Shown in pieces: positions 28,201 through 35,441 of a stretch of 64,000 bases of DNA. This DNA comes from Patescibacteria group bacterium. GTDB lineage: Bacteria; Patescibacteriota; Patescibacteriia; UBA9934; GWF2-40-263. The translations under genes were made by a program, and so were the position numbers. The stretch spans positions 76,999 to 140,998 of the forward strand of contig JBAZTR010000004.1 in the NCBI GenBank assembly GCA_041661745.1. The letters are read 5' to 3'. Position 1 is the stretch's first letter, and the number at the start of each line of letters is the position of its first letter. The notes under the pieces are model-generated. The model searched no databases and was not told where the DNA came from. It saw only the letters and a program-made list of their open reading frames with translations.

Positions 28201-29064
28201 ATAAACCGCGATGCGTCCGCCACCCCCTTGACCTGACTGAAAGTAGTTATATGACCCGCCGTCGACATCGACTGTACCCGCTCCAGCGAATGTTCCCACA
28301 TCTAAATAAATTGAACCGCCTGAACCCGGCGAAGCACACCACTCATTCGAGGTAGCACCTGTCGCGGAGATACTCCCGGCAACCGTTAATCCGCCAGCAA
28401 CTGATAATTTTACCGCCCCAGCCCCAGCCCCACCATTACAAACACCTGATCCCCCACTACCAAGATCTGTTGGAGCAGTTATTGAACCGTAGGTTATTCC
28501 GGCTGTACCTCCGTTTCCGGCTCCACCTTCACCGCCATATCCACCCGCACCCCAAGTTGTGCCTTTTCCAGTGCCATACCCTTTTGCATATCCCTTTCCG
28601 TCCACATTCACCGTTCCTGTAATTGTCACGTCTCCCGTTTGTACATCGATGAACACCGTAGCGAGGACAGAACTCGTTGACCCCCCTGTATGCGTAATTG
28701 TTCCGTTTGCCGCAACCGTCAAATTCCCCGCATCAATAATAAGTGCTCCGCCGGAAATGGCGTTATAATCAAAATTAAGAACCGTGGCGTTTGTGCCGCC
28801 AACTGTCAAAGAATTGATTGTTGTCGTCGCGTTGATGGCAATCGTCTCCGCATAATCAATCGTCACATCATCAGCATCAGTTGGCACAGCGTCGCCTGAC
28901 CAGTTGGCTGCGGTTTCCCAATCATTGTTGGCCCCACCACTGTCCCAAGAGACAGCCGCAGCAAGAGTCGGGCTGGCTCTGAAAAACAAGAGAGCAACAA
29001 TAAACAAAAAACTAACCGAAAAAAATCGGTTTATCCAATTAGGATTATTCCTTTTTAGCGCCAT
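22210..29064 (-). CDS. giant secreted/surface protein (2284 aa): signal peptide; three Gly-rich beta-helix-like repeats of about 300 aa; FN3-like and Calx-beta-like domains; tandem C-terminal targeting repeats
   Basis: N-terminal signal peptide (FFSVSFLFIVALLFFRASPTLAAA). Three long internal repeats (GGAGTVYLKDN...TVNGVLTH...). Calx-beta-like segment (ATVTVTMTGG...VDYATSSGTAISGTDFTATSGTLTWAADATGDKTF). The C-terminal repeats resemble those of the M23 peptidase at 61884..63716. Single uninterrupted 6.8-kb ORF. Confidence 0.8.
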   Translation of the reverse strand: MALKRNNPNWINRFFSVSFLFIVALLFFRASPTLAAAVSWDSGGANNDWETAANWSGDAVPTDADDVTIDYAETIAINATTTINSLTVGGTNATVLNFDYNAISGGALIIDAGNLTVAANGTITHTGGSTSSVLATVFIDVQTGDVTITGTVNVDGKGYAKGYGTGKGTTWGAGGYGGEGGAGNGGTAGITYGSITAPTDLGSGGSGVCNGGAGAGAVKLSVAGGLTVAGSISATGATSNEWCASPGSGGSIYLDVGTFAGAGTVDVDGGSYNYFQSGQGGGGRIAVYYDANSYSGTPTAYGGYIASYSYYTGGAGTIYLKDNLDTYGSLTVDNNSHDYTATDRYLGKTNLSSTATYKNLTVSNDGHIDIQSGVTITVDSTLTWTGGNVTDSGGTLATVTSGDVVVPAGSYFYANSAISVTSVTVNGILTHSNNAATAVNKIYITTSGDFTIGATGTINVDERGFGPSEGDGAPSDTSFSAGGSYGGVGGWDMNRTATRGPVYGSITAPVSLGSGSGQTAGKSGGGALRLTVGGELVLTGSISANGQSTATRDYGSGSGGSIYLDATTISGAGTITANGGNQTGSDAWCGLGGGGRIAIYYDTKTYSTTPTAYGGYYPTSSTGYFGGAGTVYIKDNTAGTDSLVIDNNSRDATTDDRNFGKTPLTPTGTPLSLTVNTLTISNDGHLDLNANTTLVASTSLSWTGGNITDSGGSLATVTSGDVIVPAGSYLYANTARTGAGELTSLTVNGVLTHTRNSATAVYRINLETTNDITIGATGSVNVDERGFGPSEGDGAPSDTGFSAGGSYGGVGGWNLTRTATRGPVYGSITAPVSLGSGSGQTAGKSGGGAVQLTAGDELVITGSISANGQSTASRDYGSGSGGSIYLTAVTISGAGTTMTANGGNQTGSDAWCGLGGGGRIALYYNTKTYAGTPTAYGGYYTASSTGYFGGAGTVYLKDNTAGTDSLIIDNNSRDNTTDDRSFGKTPLTPTGTPLSLSVNALTISNDGHLNLTSDTTLTAVALTWTGGNISDNGGTLSTVTTGDVVVPTGARLLANTVRSVSSLTINGTLAHSKNSTAETYKIDYTTSGNATIVAGGSVNVDSLGFTSNSGTGAGHDCGNYGSGAGHAGVGGVTVDGGSTGGIIYDTISSPDSIGSGGGSDYGDGGSGGGAVKLTVGGDLAIGAGITADGGVDYGGDAGGGSGGSIWLNVTGACSGAGGLSADGGRAHGANAGAGAGGYILLVCGTSTYGGAATVAAGTVGYAAGVGTYLTNNAPTITTPTFTEATDGTGEVLGATIVDDSDDNLIQLKIEYSMDGGGTWEDPTLSEDLADVTATYDTPVVENDGTYQIINVTTVSGANTITWIWNSQIDEPAGDISNARFRVTAYDGTSVSSPVSSVDSVLDNVDPVGLADLAVTTYPSSSLTLTWTAVSSETHFDHYELWYGTNSSDVGNRTGTAAEWDNDNDATLATMTTATTTVTSLSQNTTYYVKIWSVDDYGNEATIAATSQKTNGLPTAATVTPTFATDGTGRTTVTVIIDDADDQTSSFKVEYSTNGGGAWGDPTLSTTPADLSGTYGTPAVNNASTYQISDVTTTSGANTISFVWSSATDVPTADVSNARIRITPYDGGEAGSVQGSSDFVMDNADPSGMASLAVTAHPADSLTLTWTAVTSETNFNHYELWYGTNSSDVDGRTGTAAEWDTSDDAALATMTTATTQITSLDDDTTYYVKIWAVDGYNNEVTIASTSETTDLGIPTVNWTSDSQTGAESAGTLTITAQLLFSYALDVTIPYTITGTATATSDYTITASPLVITAGNTTGDITITVVDDVIDELSETVIVTMGSPTNGTKGATDVHTATITDNDAAPTIAIADTSVSESVGNATVTVTMTGGSYLGVTVDYATSSGTAISGTDFTATSGTLTWAADATGDKTFTVAITDEAITEVSETVNLTLSSPTNATISDTTGLITIAANDPRSQPPSTGGGSVSNTINLTSPTDNEQLIAGSFKTITWSSTGTFGFVNLAYSTDNGVTYQTIEDNLTNSGSYYWSIPNQSVTNGFIRIEGTDLASVLTSDIIPFTTLFTETPVEEELPAEEIPTEEEIEEEISVIGMALESVLGDRWVSEAEKNGVWEIFPDLPEEVSIGTLVKLFDDGDPTTQFDSAVYYIGVDERRHAFPNEQVYKSWFSTFYGIKTIDSTTMSNIPLGPMVTYRPGSTLVKFPSITKVYAIDSEGCLRWLTSEELAIDMYGTDWARIVKDVSEAFWSSYCFGDDLVAANDQDWDTVIANY

Positions 29065-29121
29065 AAAATTTGATTCTATTTTAGCACAAATTTACAAAAA
29101 TTTCCTGAGTTATCCACAAAC

Positions 29122-29154
29122 AAAAACACCCGGGAATCTCGGGTGCTTATTTTG
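29122..29154 (-). terminator. terminator of the 29161..30411 gene, immediately upstream of the giant gene promoter
   Basis: cacccgggaatctcgggtg hairpin followed (on the minus strand) by tttttgtttg. An extended -10 element TGCTAAAAT lies downstream of it on the minus strand. Confidence 0.6.
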
Positions 29155-29160
29155 TCTTCA

Positions 29161-30411
29161 TTACTGGACAACTTGAACAGTTATATGGTCTAACATTGAA
29201 GTAACCCGCTTGTTCCAAGGTGGAAAAATTATGACAGAGACATCACTGGCCAGACCGGCTGAAACCAAATAACTTTTAATTTCGGCCGAGGTTTTTTTAG
29301 CAAAGCTGTCGGGCTGTAAAAAGGAATGCGAAGCAGAGACAAGCGAATCCTTTTTAGCGGTAATCCGAATTGCCGCTGTGGCGGTTGTTGAATTTAAACC
29401 AGTTAAGACAAAAGTTCCTTCCGGTTTAATATACCCGGCAGCATCGATAACTTCTTTTTCATCGGAAAAGGTAAAACCGTCTTCAAGATTTTCGTATAAT
29501 TTGTTAGATAACAAATCATTGGTGTCTTTGGCATTAAAAAAAGCAGCGTCAACGGTTACGGCCATTGTGACGGAAATGGCGTCTTTCACATCACCCACCT
29601 TGTCGGTGGTTTCTTTTTTATCAATAACAATTGCGTAAGCTTCGCCGGTATAACCAACACCGGTCATGTTTTTTAATTGTTCTTTAGCTGAAGCGGCTAA
29701 TTCATCATAAGCTACGGTAAAGGCGTTATTCAAATCATCTTGTGAAATTATACCAACCATTTTTTTGCCACCGGTCATAGCTGTAGTACTTTCGGCATAA
29801 ATCTGACTTTGCAGCGCGGTCGCTAAACCGGGAATAGTAAATTTATCTGGACCAATATCACCGGTCGGGCCTTCTTGATCAGCGTGAACAACAGCAGTAA
29901 CTCTTCCACCGGCCGGCACAGTAACACCGTCATCAAGTCTAAAAAGCACTCCACTCGAACTTAATAATCTGGTAGTGGCGACCAAAGGTTGATTGCGTGT
30001 TGATTCGTTAATAATTGTAACTTCCCCACCAGACTTATCCAATACCTCTTTTTGGGTACTGCTAATGGGCACGGAAACAGTTTTTTCAAATGACTGCGTG
30101 GCCACTGCTCCAATAACCTGACCGGCCGTCGGATTTTCTTTTACCACATCAGCCAAAAAGGAAACTTCGACCGAACGCGGTTGTGGGGTAATGCGGATAA
30201 CTGCCTTGGTGGTGGAAAGAGTAAGAACAACTAAAATTAAAATCACCACAACACCGATAAAACCCCCGGCAATACGCCGATACAGCCGAAGCGATGGATT
30301 GGGCGGAATAAGCGGTTTGCTCGGCTTAACTTCAATCGGTTTCATAATGCGAAGAGCCGGACTTCGCGGTACCGGTTGATTAACTTTTTTCTTTTTAGTT
30401 TTTGGGGTCAT
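29161..30411 (-). CDS. membrane-anchored hypothetical protein (N-in, single TM, large extracytoplasmic domain)
   Basis: Basic N-terminus, TM IAGGFIGVVVILILVVLTL, then about 350 aa of Thr/Val-rich sequence; sits directly upstream of the giant surface-protein gene. Confidence 0.45.
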   Translation of the reverse strand: MTPKTKKKKVNQPVPRSPALRIMKPIEVKPSKPLIPPNPSLRLYRRIAGGFIGVVVILILVVLTLSTTKAVIRITPQPRSVEVSFLADVVKENPTAGQVIGAVATQSFEKTVSVPISSTQKEVLDKSGGEVTIINESTRNQPLVATTRLLSSSGVLFRLDDGVTVPAGGRVTAVVHADQEGPTGDIGPDKFTIPGLATALQSQIYAESTTAMTGGKKMVGIISQDDLNNAFTVAYDELAASAKEQLKNMTGVGYTGEAYAIVIDKKETTDKVGDVKDAISVTMAVTVDAAFFNAKDTNDLLSNKLYENLEDGFTFSDEKEVIDAAGYIKPEGTFVLTGLNSTTATAAIRITAKKDSLVSASHSFLQPDSFAKKTSAEIKSYLVSAGLASDVSVIIFPPWNKRVTSMLDHITVQVVQ

Positions 30412-30449
30412 AGTCCTCCTAATTTATTTCTTTTATTATAGCACATTCG

Positions 30450-33400
30450 CTACAATTTCACATTGTTACTACCAACCAAGGCTTTAATTTCCGACAAAAG
30501 TTCGTTGGTGGGATCAACATAATAATCAGTATCCATAACCCGTTGAGCCGGACCAGCACTGACAATAAAACGAACACGCCTTGAACCGCGCGAAGCTGTT
30601 AAAAGTTCACGCAGTTGCGCCACGATTTCCGGATTTGGTTTGCCAAGAAAAGTGATTTCTAAAAAATTACGGGGCAAAAGGGGTTTAAGGGGTGCAGGGG
30701 GTAAAAGGGATGGATTATCCTTGGAAGCCGTGACCTCGCCCGGGACCCACAAATTATCTTGCAACATGGCCGCGACATCACCGGCGTGCGCTGTGTCGAC
30801 AAAAATAAAGCTGTTGGCCAATAACTTCGCCTCTTCCCCTTCGCGTCGTGAAACCTTTGCCGAAACTAAAACCAATTTATCTTCGGCCAACATTTTTCCG
30901 AACTGATTATAGGCCGAAGGAAAAACAATCACTTCGGCTTTTCCGTTTTTATCGTCAAGGCCGACAAAAGCCATGTTGTCGCCTTTTTTAGTGACAATGG
31001 TTTTAACCGAGGTTACCAAACCACCAACTTTCACAAAAGAATTTTCCGGCTGGCTTTGGAGTTGGTTTAACGGCAGCAAATACTGTCCGACTTTCTTTTC
31101 GATGTCATCGAAAGGATGGGCACTAATATAAAGACCGAGCAATTCTTTTTCCCAAGCCAAAAGTTCATTTTTCTCCGCTGGCGGGGTTGGTCGAAATTTT
31201 AATTTCTCCGTGGCCAGGGCCGGTGACAAATCAAATAAAGAACTTTGATTTTGTGCCTGTTTTTCTTTGGCCTCTTTATTGAAATGAAGAATTTGCTCGA
31301 TGTTTTCCAACAAACATTTGCGTTCGCCAAAGCTATCAAGGGCGCCGGCTTTGATTAAGGCCTCCAACGCCTTTTTATTAAAAGCGCGATGATGTACACG
31401 GGTGGCAAAATCCGCCAAGTCTTTGAATGGTCCATTTGCTTCGCGTTCGTTGAAAATTGCGTCAACGGCTTCTGCCCCAAGGTTTTTAATCACCACCAAA
31501 CCAAAACGAATGGTGTTGTCGTCAATGTAGGTAAAGGTCGGGCGTGATTCGTTAAGATCCGGCGGCAAAACGGCAATGCCCATACGCTGGCATTCCTTAA
31601 CCGCGGCGGAAATGGTTTCCAAATCAGCCGATTCCGCGGTCATTAAGGCCGACATATATTCGGCCGGATAATTAGCTTTAAGATACGAAGTTTGATAAGC
31701 AACCGTACCGTAACTGGCCGCATGGGCTTTGTTAAAACCGTAAGCCGCGAATGGCTCGATCAATTTCCACAATTCGTCGGACTTTGATTTAGACAAACCG
31801 TGTTTTTGAAAACCGTCCAATAATTTTTCTTTTTGTTTGGCCATTTCCTCGGGAATTTTTTTACCCATGGCTTTGCGCAATTTGTCGGCTTCGAGCCATG
31901 AATAGCCACCAAGTTTAATGGAAATCAACATGACGTCGTCCTGATAAACGATAACGCCGTACGAAGCATCCAAAATTTCTTCCAAACGCGGATCAAGATA
32001 TTTTATTAGTGAAGCGTCGTACTTGCGGCGAATGTATTCGGGGATTGATTCAATCGGGCCCGGGCGATACAAGGCCACCATAACCATGATGTCTTCGATA
32101 CGCGTCGGTTTCAGTTCCATTAAATATTTGGTCATGCCATCGCCGTTCAACTGAAAGGTACCCATGGTATTGCCATTGGCCAAAAGTTCAAAGGTTTTAG
32201 GATCATCAACGGGAATTTTGTCGATATTAATATCAACTCCTTTAACTTTACGAATAATTCTAACAGCGTCTCCAAGAATCGACAGGTTCCGAATGCCTAG
32301 GAAGTCCATTTTCAAAAGACCGGCCGCTTCAACGGCATGCATTTCGTATTGTGTAATGGTTTTACCTTCGCGGGTATCAATTTGCAGTGGTGTAAAATCA
32401 GTCAGCGGGGTTGGCGAAAAAACCACCCCGGCGGCGTGAATGGAAACGTGGCGAGCACAACCTTCGATTTGCTGGGCCAAGTTGATAAGGCGGCGCACGT
32501 CTGGTTCGGTATCGTAGCGTTTTTTTAAATCAACATCCTCATCCAAAGCGCGTTTTAAGGTCATGGGAAAACCTTGGCTGCCCATGGGAACCATTTTGGA
32601 AACACTGTCGACAAAAGAATACTCGTGACCTAAAGCTCGACCAACATCACGAATACTGCCGCGGGCCAACATAGTTCCAAAAGTACAAATCTGGGCCACT
32701 TTATCCGCCCCGTATTTGTTGGTAACGTAGGCAATCATTTCGTCGCGACGGTTGTCGGCAAAGTCGCCGTCAACATCAGGTGCCGAAGGACGTTCAGGAT
32801 TTAAAAAACGCTCGAACGGTAATTTATATTTAATGGGATTCACTGTGGAAATGCCAATGGAAAAACTAACCAGCGAACCAGCCGCTGAACCGCGAGTAGC
32901 CGTCATAATACCGTGCGCTCTGGCCCACTCAATGTAGTCGGAAACAATCAAAAAGTACGGGGCGAAACCTTTCATTTCAATAACCGAAAGTTCATACTCA
33001 ATACGCTTTTTCATTTCCTCCGTCACCTCATCAACCTTGTTAGGCAGTTCGTTGAAGGCGCGCTGGCGCAGATATTCCAAGTGGGTTAAACCATCGGGCA
33101 CTTCAAAGTGAGCAAAATTCCATTTACCTAAATCGAATTGCACATCACAACGATCGGCGATTTTTCGAGTATTCTCAATCGCTTCAGGCAAATCTTTAAA
33201 ACGATTAATCATGTACTCGGCTTCAACGAGCGAAGCATCGTAATCGTAGGTTTGGGTGCGATCAAATTCCTCTAAAGTTCGACCGTCTTTAACACACTGT
33301 AAAATTTTCCAAGCTTCGTTGTCCTGGGGCTTTAGGTAAAAAACATTTTTAGTGGCAACAATCGGTACGCCCATTTCTTTTCCAAGTTCAGCTAAAACTG

Positions 33401-33986
33401 TATTAGTCATTTCTTGCTCGGGAATTTCCGGACGATCAACCAGCTCTAAGAAAAAATTATTCTGGCCAAAAATTTGGACGTATTCCTCAATCAATTTTTT
33501 GGCAGTCTCACGGTTGTCGTTAACAATAGCTTGATCAATATCACTAAACCGCCCGCCGGATAAAACAATCAAGCCATGGTCCTTACCCTGGCAAATTTCT
33601 TTTATTAATTCTTTATCAAGCCGCGGCTTGTAATAAAAACCTTCAAGAAAGCCGCGGGTGGAAAGTTGAATAAGATTCTTGTAGCCGGCCATGTTCTCGC
33701 ACAAAAAAACCAAACGATTGGGCTTAGCATCCATTTTGCCACGCTTTTGTAAACGGCCGTTGGGCGCTAAGTAAGCGTCCATGCCGATGATCAGTTTAAT
33801 CTCCTCATCCTTACACTTTTGGTAAAAATCAATTATTCCGTACATGACCCCATTGTCGGTTAAAGCAAAGGTGTCCATTTTACGCTCTTTCATAGCCTTA
33901 ATCAGAGCCTTGGTTTTGGGCAAGGCCTCAAGAAGCGAATAATGGCTGTGGGTATGAAGATGAACGAAAGGGGATTTGTCAGGCAT
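30450..33986 (-). CDS. dnaE: DNA polymerase III alpha subunit
   Basis: PHP domain (FVHLHTHSHYSLLEA), polymerase core and OB-fold; 1178 aa. Confidence 0.9.
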   Translation of the reverse strand: MPDKSPFVHLHTHSHYSLLEALPKTKALIKAMKERKMDTFALTDNGVMYGIIDFYQKCKDEEIKLIIGMDAYLAPNGRLQKRGKMDAKPNRLVFLCENMAGYKNLIQLSTRGFLEGFYYKPRLDKELIKEICQGKDHGLIVLSGGRFSDIDQAIVNDNRETAKKLIEEYVQIFGQNNFFLELVDRPEIPEQEMTNTVLAELGKEMGVPIVATKNVFYLKPQDNEAWKILQCVKDGRTLEEFDRTQTYDYDASLVEAEYMINRFKDLPEAIENTRKIADRCDVQFDLGKWNFAHFEVPDGLTHLEYLRQRAFNELPNKVDEVTEEMKKRIEYELSVIEMKGFAPYFLIVSDYIEWARAHGIMTATRGSAAGSLVSFSIGISTVNPIKYKLPFERFLNPERPSAPDVDGDFADNRRDEMIAYVTNKYGADKVAQICTFGTMLARGSIRDVGRALGHEYSFVDSVSKMVPMGSQGFPMTLKRALDEDVDLKKRYDTEPDVRRLINLAQQIEGCARHVSIHAAGVVFSPTPLTDFTPLQIDTREGKTITQYEMHAVEAAGLLKMDFLGIRNLSILGDAVRIIRKVKGVDINIDKIPVDDPKTFELLANGNTMGTFQLNGDGMTKYLMELKPTRIEDIMVMVALYRPGPIESIPEYIRRKYDASLIKYLDPRLEEILDASYGVIVYQDDVMLISIKLGGYSWLEADKLRKAMGKKIPEEMAKQKEKLLDGFQKHGLSKSKSDELWKLIEPFAAYGFNKAHAASYGTVAYQTSYLKANYPAEYMSALMTAESADLETISAAVKECQRMGIAVLPPDLNESRPTFTYIDDNTIRFGLVVIKNLGAEAVDAIFNEREANGPFKDLADFATRVHHRAFNKKALEALIKAGALDSFGERKCLLENIEQILHFNKEAKEKQAQNQSSLFDLSPALATEKLKFRPTPPAEKNELLAWEKELLGLYISAHPFDDIEKKVGQYLLPLNQLQSQPENSFVKVGGLVTSVKTIVTKKGDNMAFVGLDDKNGKAEVIVFPSAYNQFGKMLAEDKLVLVSAKVSRREGEEAKLLANSFIFVDTAHAGDVAAMLQDNLWVPGEVTASKDNPSLLPPAPLKPLLPRNFLEITFLGKPNPEIVAQLRELLTASRGSRRVRFIVSAGPAQRVMDTDYYVDPTNELLSEIKALVGSNNVKL

Positions 33987-33989
33987 AAT

Positions 33990-34023
33990 CTTGTAGGGGC
34001 AAAAGATCTTTTGCCCCTACAAG
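33990..34023. terminator. perfect 15-bp palindrome between the 34097..34636 gene and dnaE
   Basis: cttgtaggggcaaaag atc ttttgcccctacaag. Confidence 0.5.
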
Positions 34024-34096
34024 ATTAACAAAAACCCCCTCCTCCCGCCAGAGGCGGATAAGGAAGGAGCTCTCGAAACACTTTTTGTTCAATCTA

Positions 34097-34636
34097 CTAT
34101 CCACGACCAGGACTCAAAAAATAACGTCTTCTACCTTCAGGGCCGCCCTTATTCAAGGTGACAGAAGTCCGCCTTCCGTTCTTCATAACTGAAAAATTTT
34201 CTAAAGCCCTCCATTCCTGGGCGTGGGCTGAATTGATTTTTTCCCCTTGATTCAAAGTATCAAGTGCTCTCTGAATTTCCTCAACTTCCTGTCCAGCAGC
34301 TGCACGTGTCCTAACCAAATTTTTGGCGAAATCATCACGTTCCTGTTCTCTACTCTTTTTTTCGGACGAGGCCGCGGCTGCTGCTTCGTGTTGGGCACGA
34401 ACAAGTTCCGATTGAGGCACGCCCGGTTGTTTCAATTTACCTTTTTCTAAAGTATAAAAAATTGTTCCGTCCTTCTCCAAGAATACTCCGTTTATCTTCC
34501 AACCCGGTTCAACTTTACCACTTGATCTAATGACAAAAACTTCCTGTCTAAGAGTAAAAAGCTGTGACTCTTCTTGTTCTCTTTCTCGCGTGGCATCGGG
34601 TGGAACATAACCTCCTATTTCGGATGCTCGAGACAT
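34097..34636 (-). CDS. hypothetical protein
   Basis: 179-aa ORF, charged and Ala-rich, no recognised motif. Confidence 0.35.
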   Translation of the reverse strand: MSRASEIGGYVPPDATREREQEESQLFTLRQEVFVIRSSGKVEPGWKINGVFLEKDGTIFYTLEKGKLKQPGVPQSELVRAQHEAAAAASSEKKSREQERDDFAKNLVRTRAAAGQEVEEIQRALDTLNQGEKINSAHAQEWRALENFSVMKNGRRTSVTLNKGGPEGRRRYFLSPGRG

Positions 34637-34650
34637 ATTTTTATATTTTA

Positions 34651-34953
34651 TTAATCATCAAAATCGGCAATTTTTTTACTTTTCTTTTCCTGTTTTTTAT
34701 CAATGGCGTATTCCACCACCTTACGAATACTATCAACTAGAAACGATAAGCCCATGGTGGCTTTTTCGAACTTGCCGCGGATGCCAGTAATTGCTTCTTC
34801 AATTTTGGCCATTTTTTCGCGAGCTTCGGCCATGGTGTCATTTACATTTTTCAAAATCATGGCAATTTGCCAAATGAGCCAGCACATAAAGGCCGTGACC
34901 CACAAAGCACAGAAAGCCAAGACAATGAAAAGGATGTCTTGAGATTGAAACAT
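34651..34953 (-). CDS. small membrane protein (DUF948-like: N-terminal TM plus coiled-coil)
   Basis: ILFIVLAFCALWVTAFMCWLIWQIAMIL followed by a charged helical region. Confidence 0.4.
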   Translation of the reverse strand: MFQSQDILFIVLAFCALWVTAFMCWLIWQIAMILKNVNDTMAEAREKMAKIEEAITGIRGKFEKATMGLSFLVDSIRKVVEYAIDKKQEKKSKKIADFDD

Positions 34954-34957
34954 AGAG

Positions 34958-35430
34958 AGGGGACGAAATTACGAATTCGTACGAATATACGAATTTTTTA
35001 CTTTTTAATATTTACGATTCTTTTTTGTTTTACTCCTTCACTGGTAAAATTGAGAAGAATTCCTAGTTGCAAATCACCTGAAACTAAATAGTCTAAAACT
35101 TGTTTTATATGTGCCCCGGAAAAATATTTTTCACATTTTAGTTCGACAATAATTTTGTCCTCAACAAGAAAGTCGAAAAAGTTCTGCCCAACAATCTTTC
35201 CGTTATACTTTACTGGAATGTAAAATTGTTCTTTAAATTTTTTCCCTCGCTTTTTCAACTCCTCAGCTAAAGCACGTTGGTAAGTTCTTTCCCGATGTCC
35301 AGAACCCAATTGGTTGAATACTTCGAAAGCGGCTCCTACGATTTCAAAACTTTCATCCCTGTACAAAAGATCAACCCTGGTCACCACCATACAAAATTCG
35401 TATATTCGTAAATATTCGCTCTTTCGCCCC
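34958..35430. mobile_element. small cassette: GxxExxY (PD-(D/E)XK-like) gene flanked by imperfect terminal inverted repeats of about 40 bp
   Basis: Left repeat 34958-35000 ggggacgaaattacgaattcgtacgaatatacgaatttttt. The reverse complement of the right repeat 35391-35430 is ggggcgaaagagcgaatatttacgaatatacgaatttt. They share the outer GGGG(a)CGAAA and the inner ACGAATATACGAATTTT. A cargo-less copy of both ends sits at 1755..1836. Confidence 0.6.
34998..35390 (-). CDS. GxxExxY family protein
   Basis: IVGAAFEVFNQLGSGHRERTYQRALAEELKKRG...FFDFLVEDKIIVELK matches the GxxExxY protein signature. Confidence 0.7.
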   Translation of the reverse strand: MVVTRVDLLYRDESFEIVGAAFEVFNQLGSGHRERTYQRALAEELKKRGKKFKEQFYIPVKYNGKIVGQNFFDFLVEDKIIVELKCEKYFSGAHIKQVLDYLVSGDLQLGILLNFTSEGVKQKRIVNIKK

Positions 35431-35441
35431 CTCCCTAATCT

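Noticed and set aside
22449-28899. Numerous 60-130-aa ORFs on both strands inside 22210..29064 (for example 22449..22814, 23024..23374, 24081..24452)
   Set aside because: All are embedded in the single uninterrupted 2284-codon giant gene. They arise from its Gly/Ala/Thr-rich repetitive composition.
33990-34096. CCUCC-rich stretch aaccccctcctcccgcc after the 33990 palindrome as a possible anti-SD-like regulatory element
   Set aside because: Single occurrence with no obvious partner sequence; more simply part of the dnaE upstream region.
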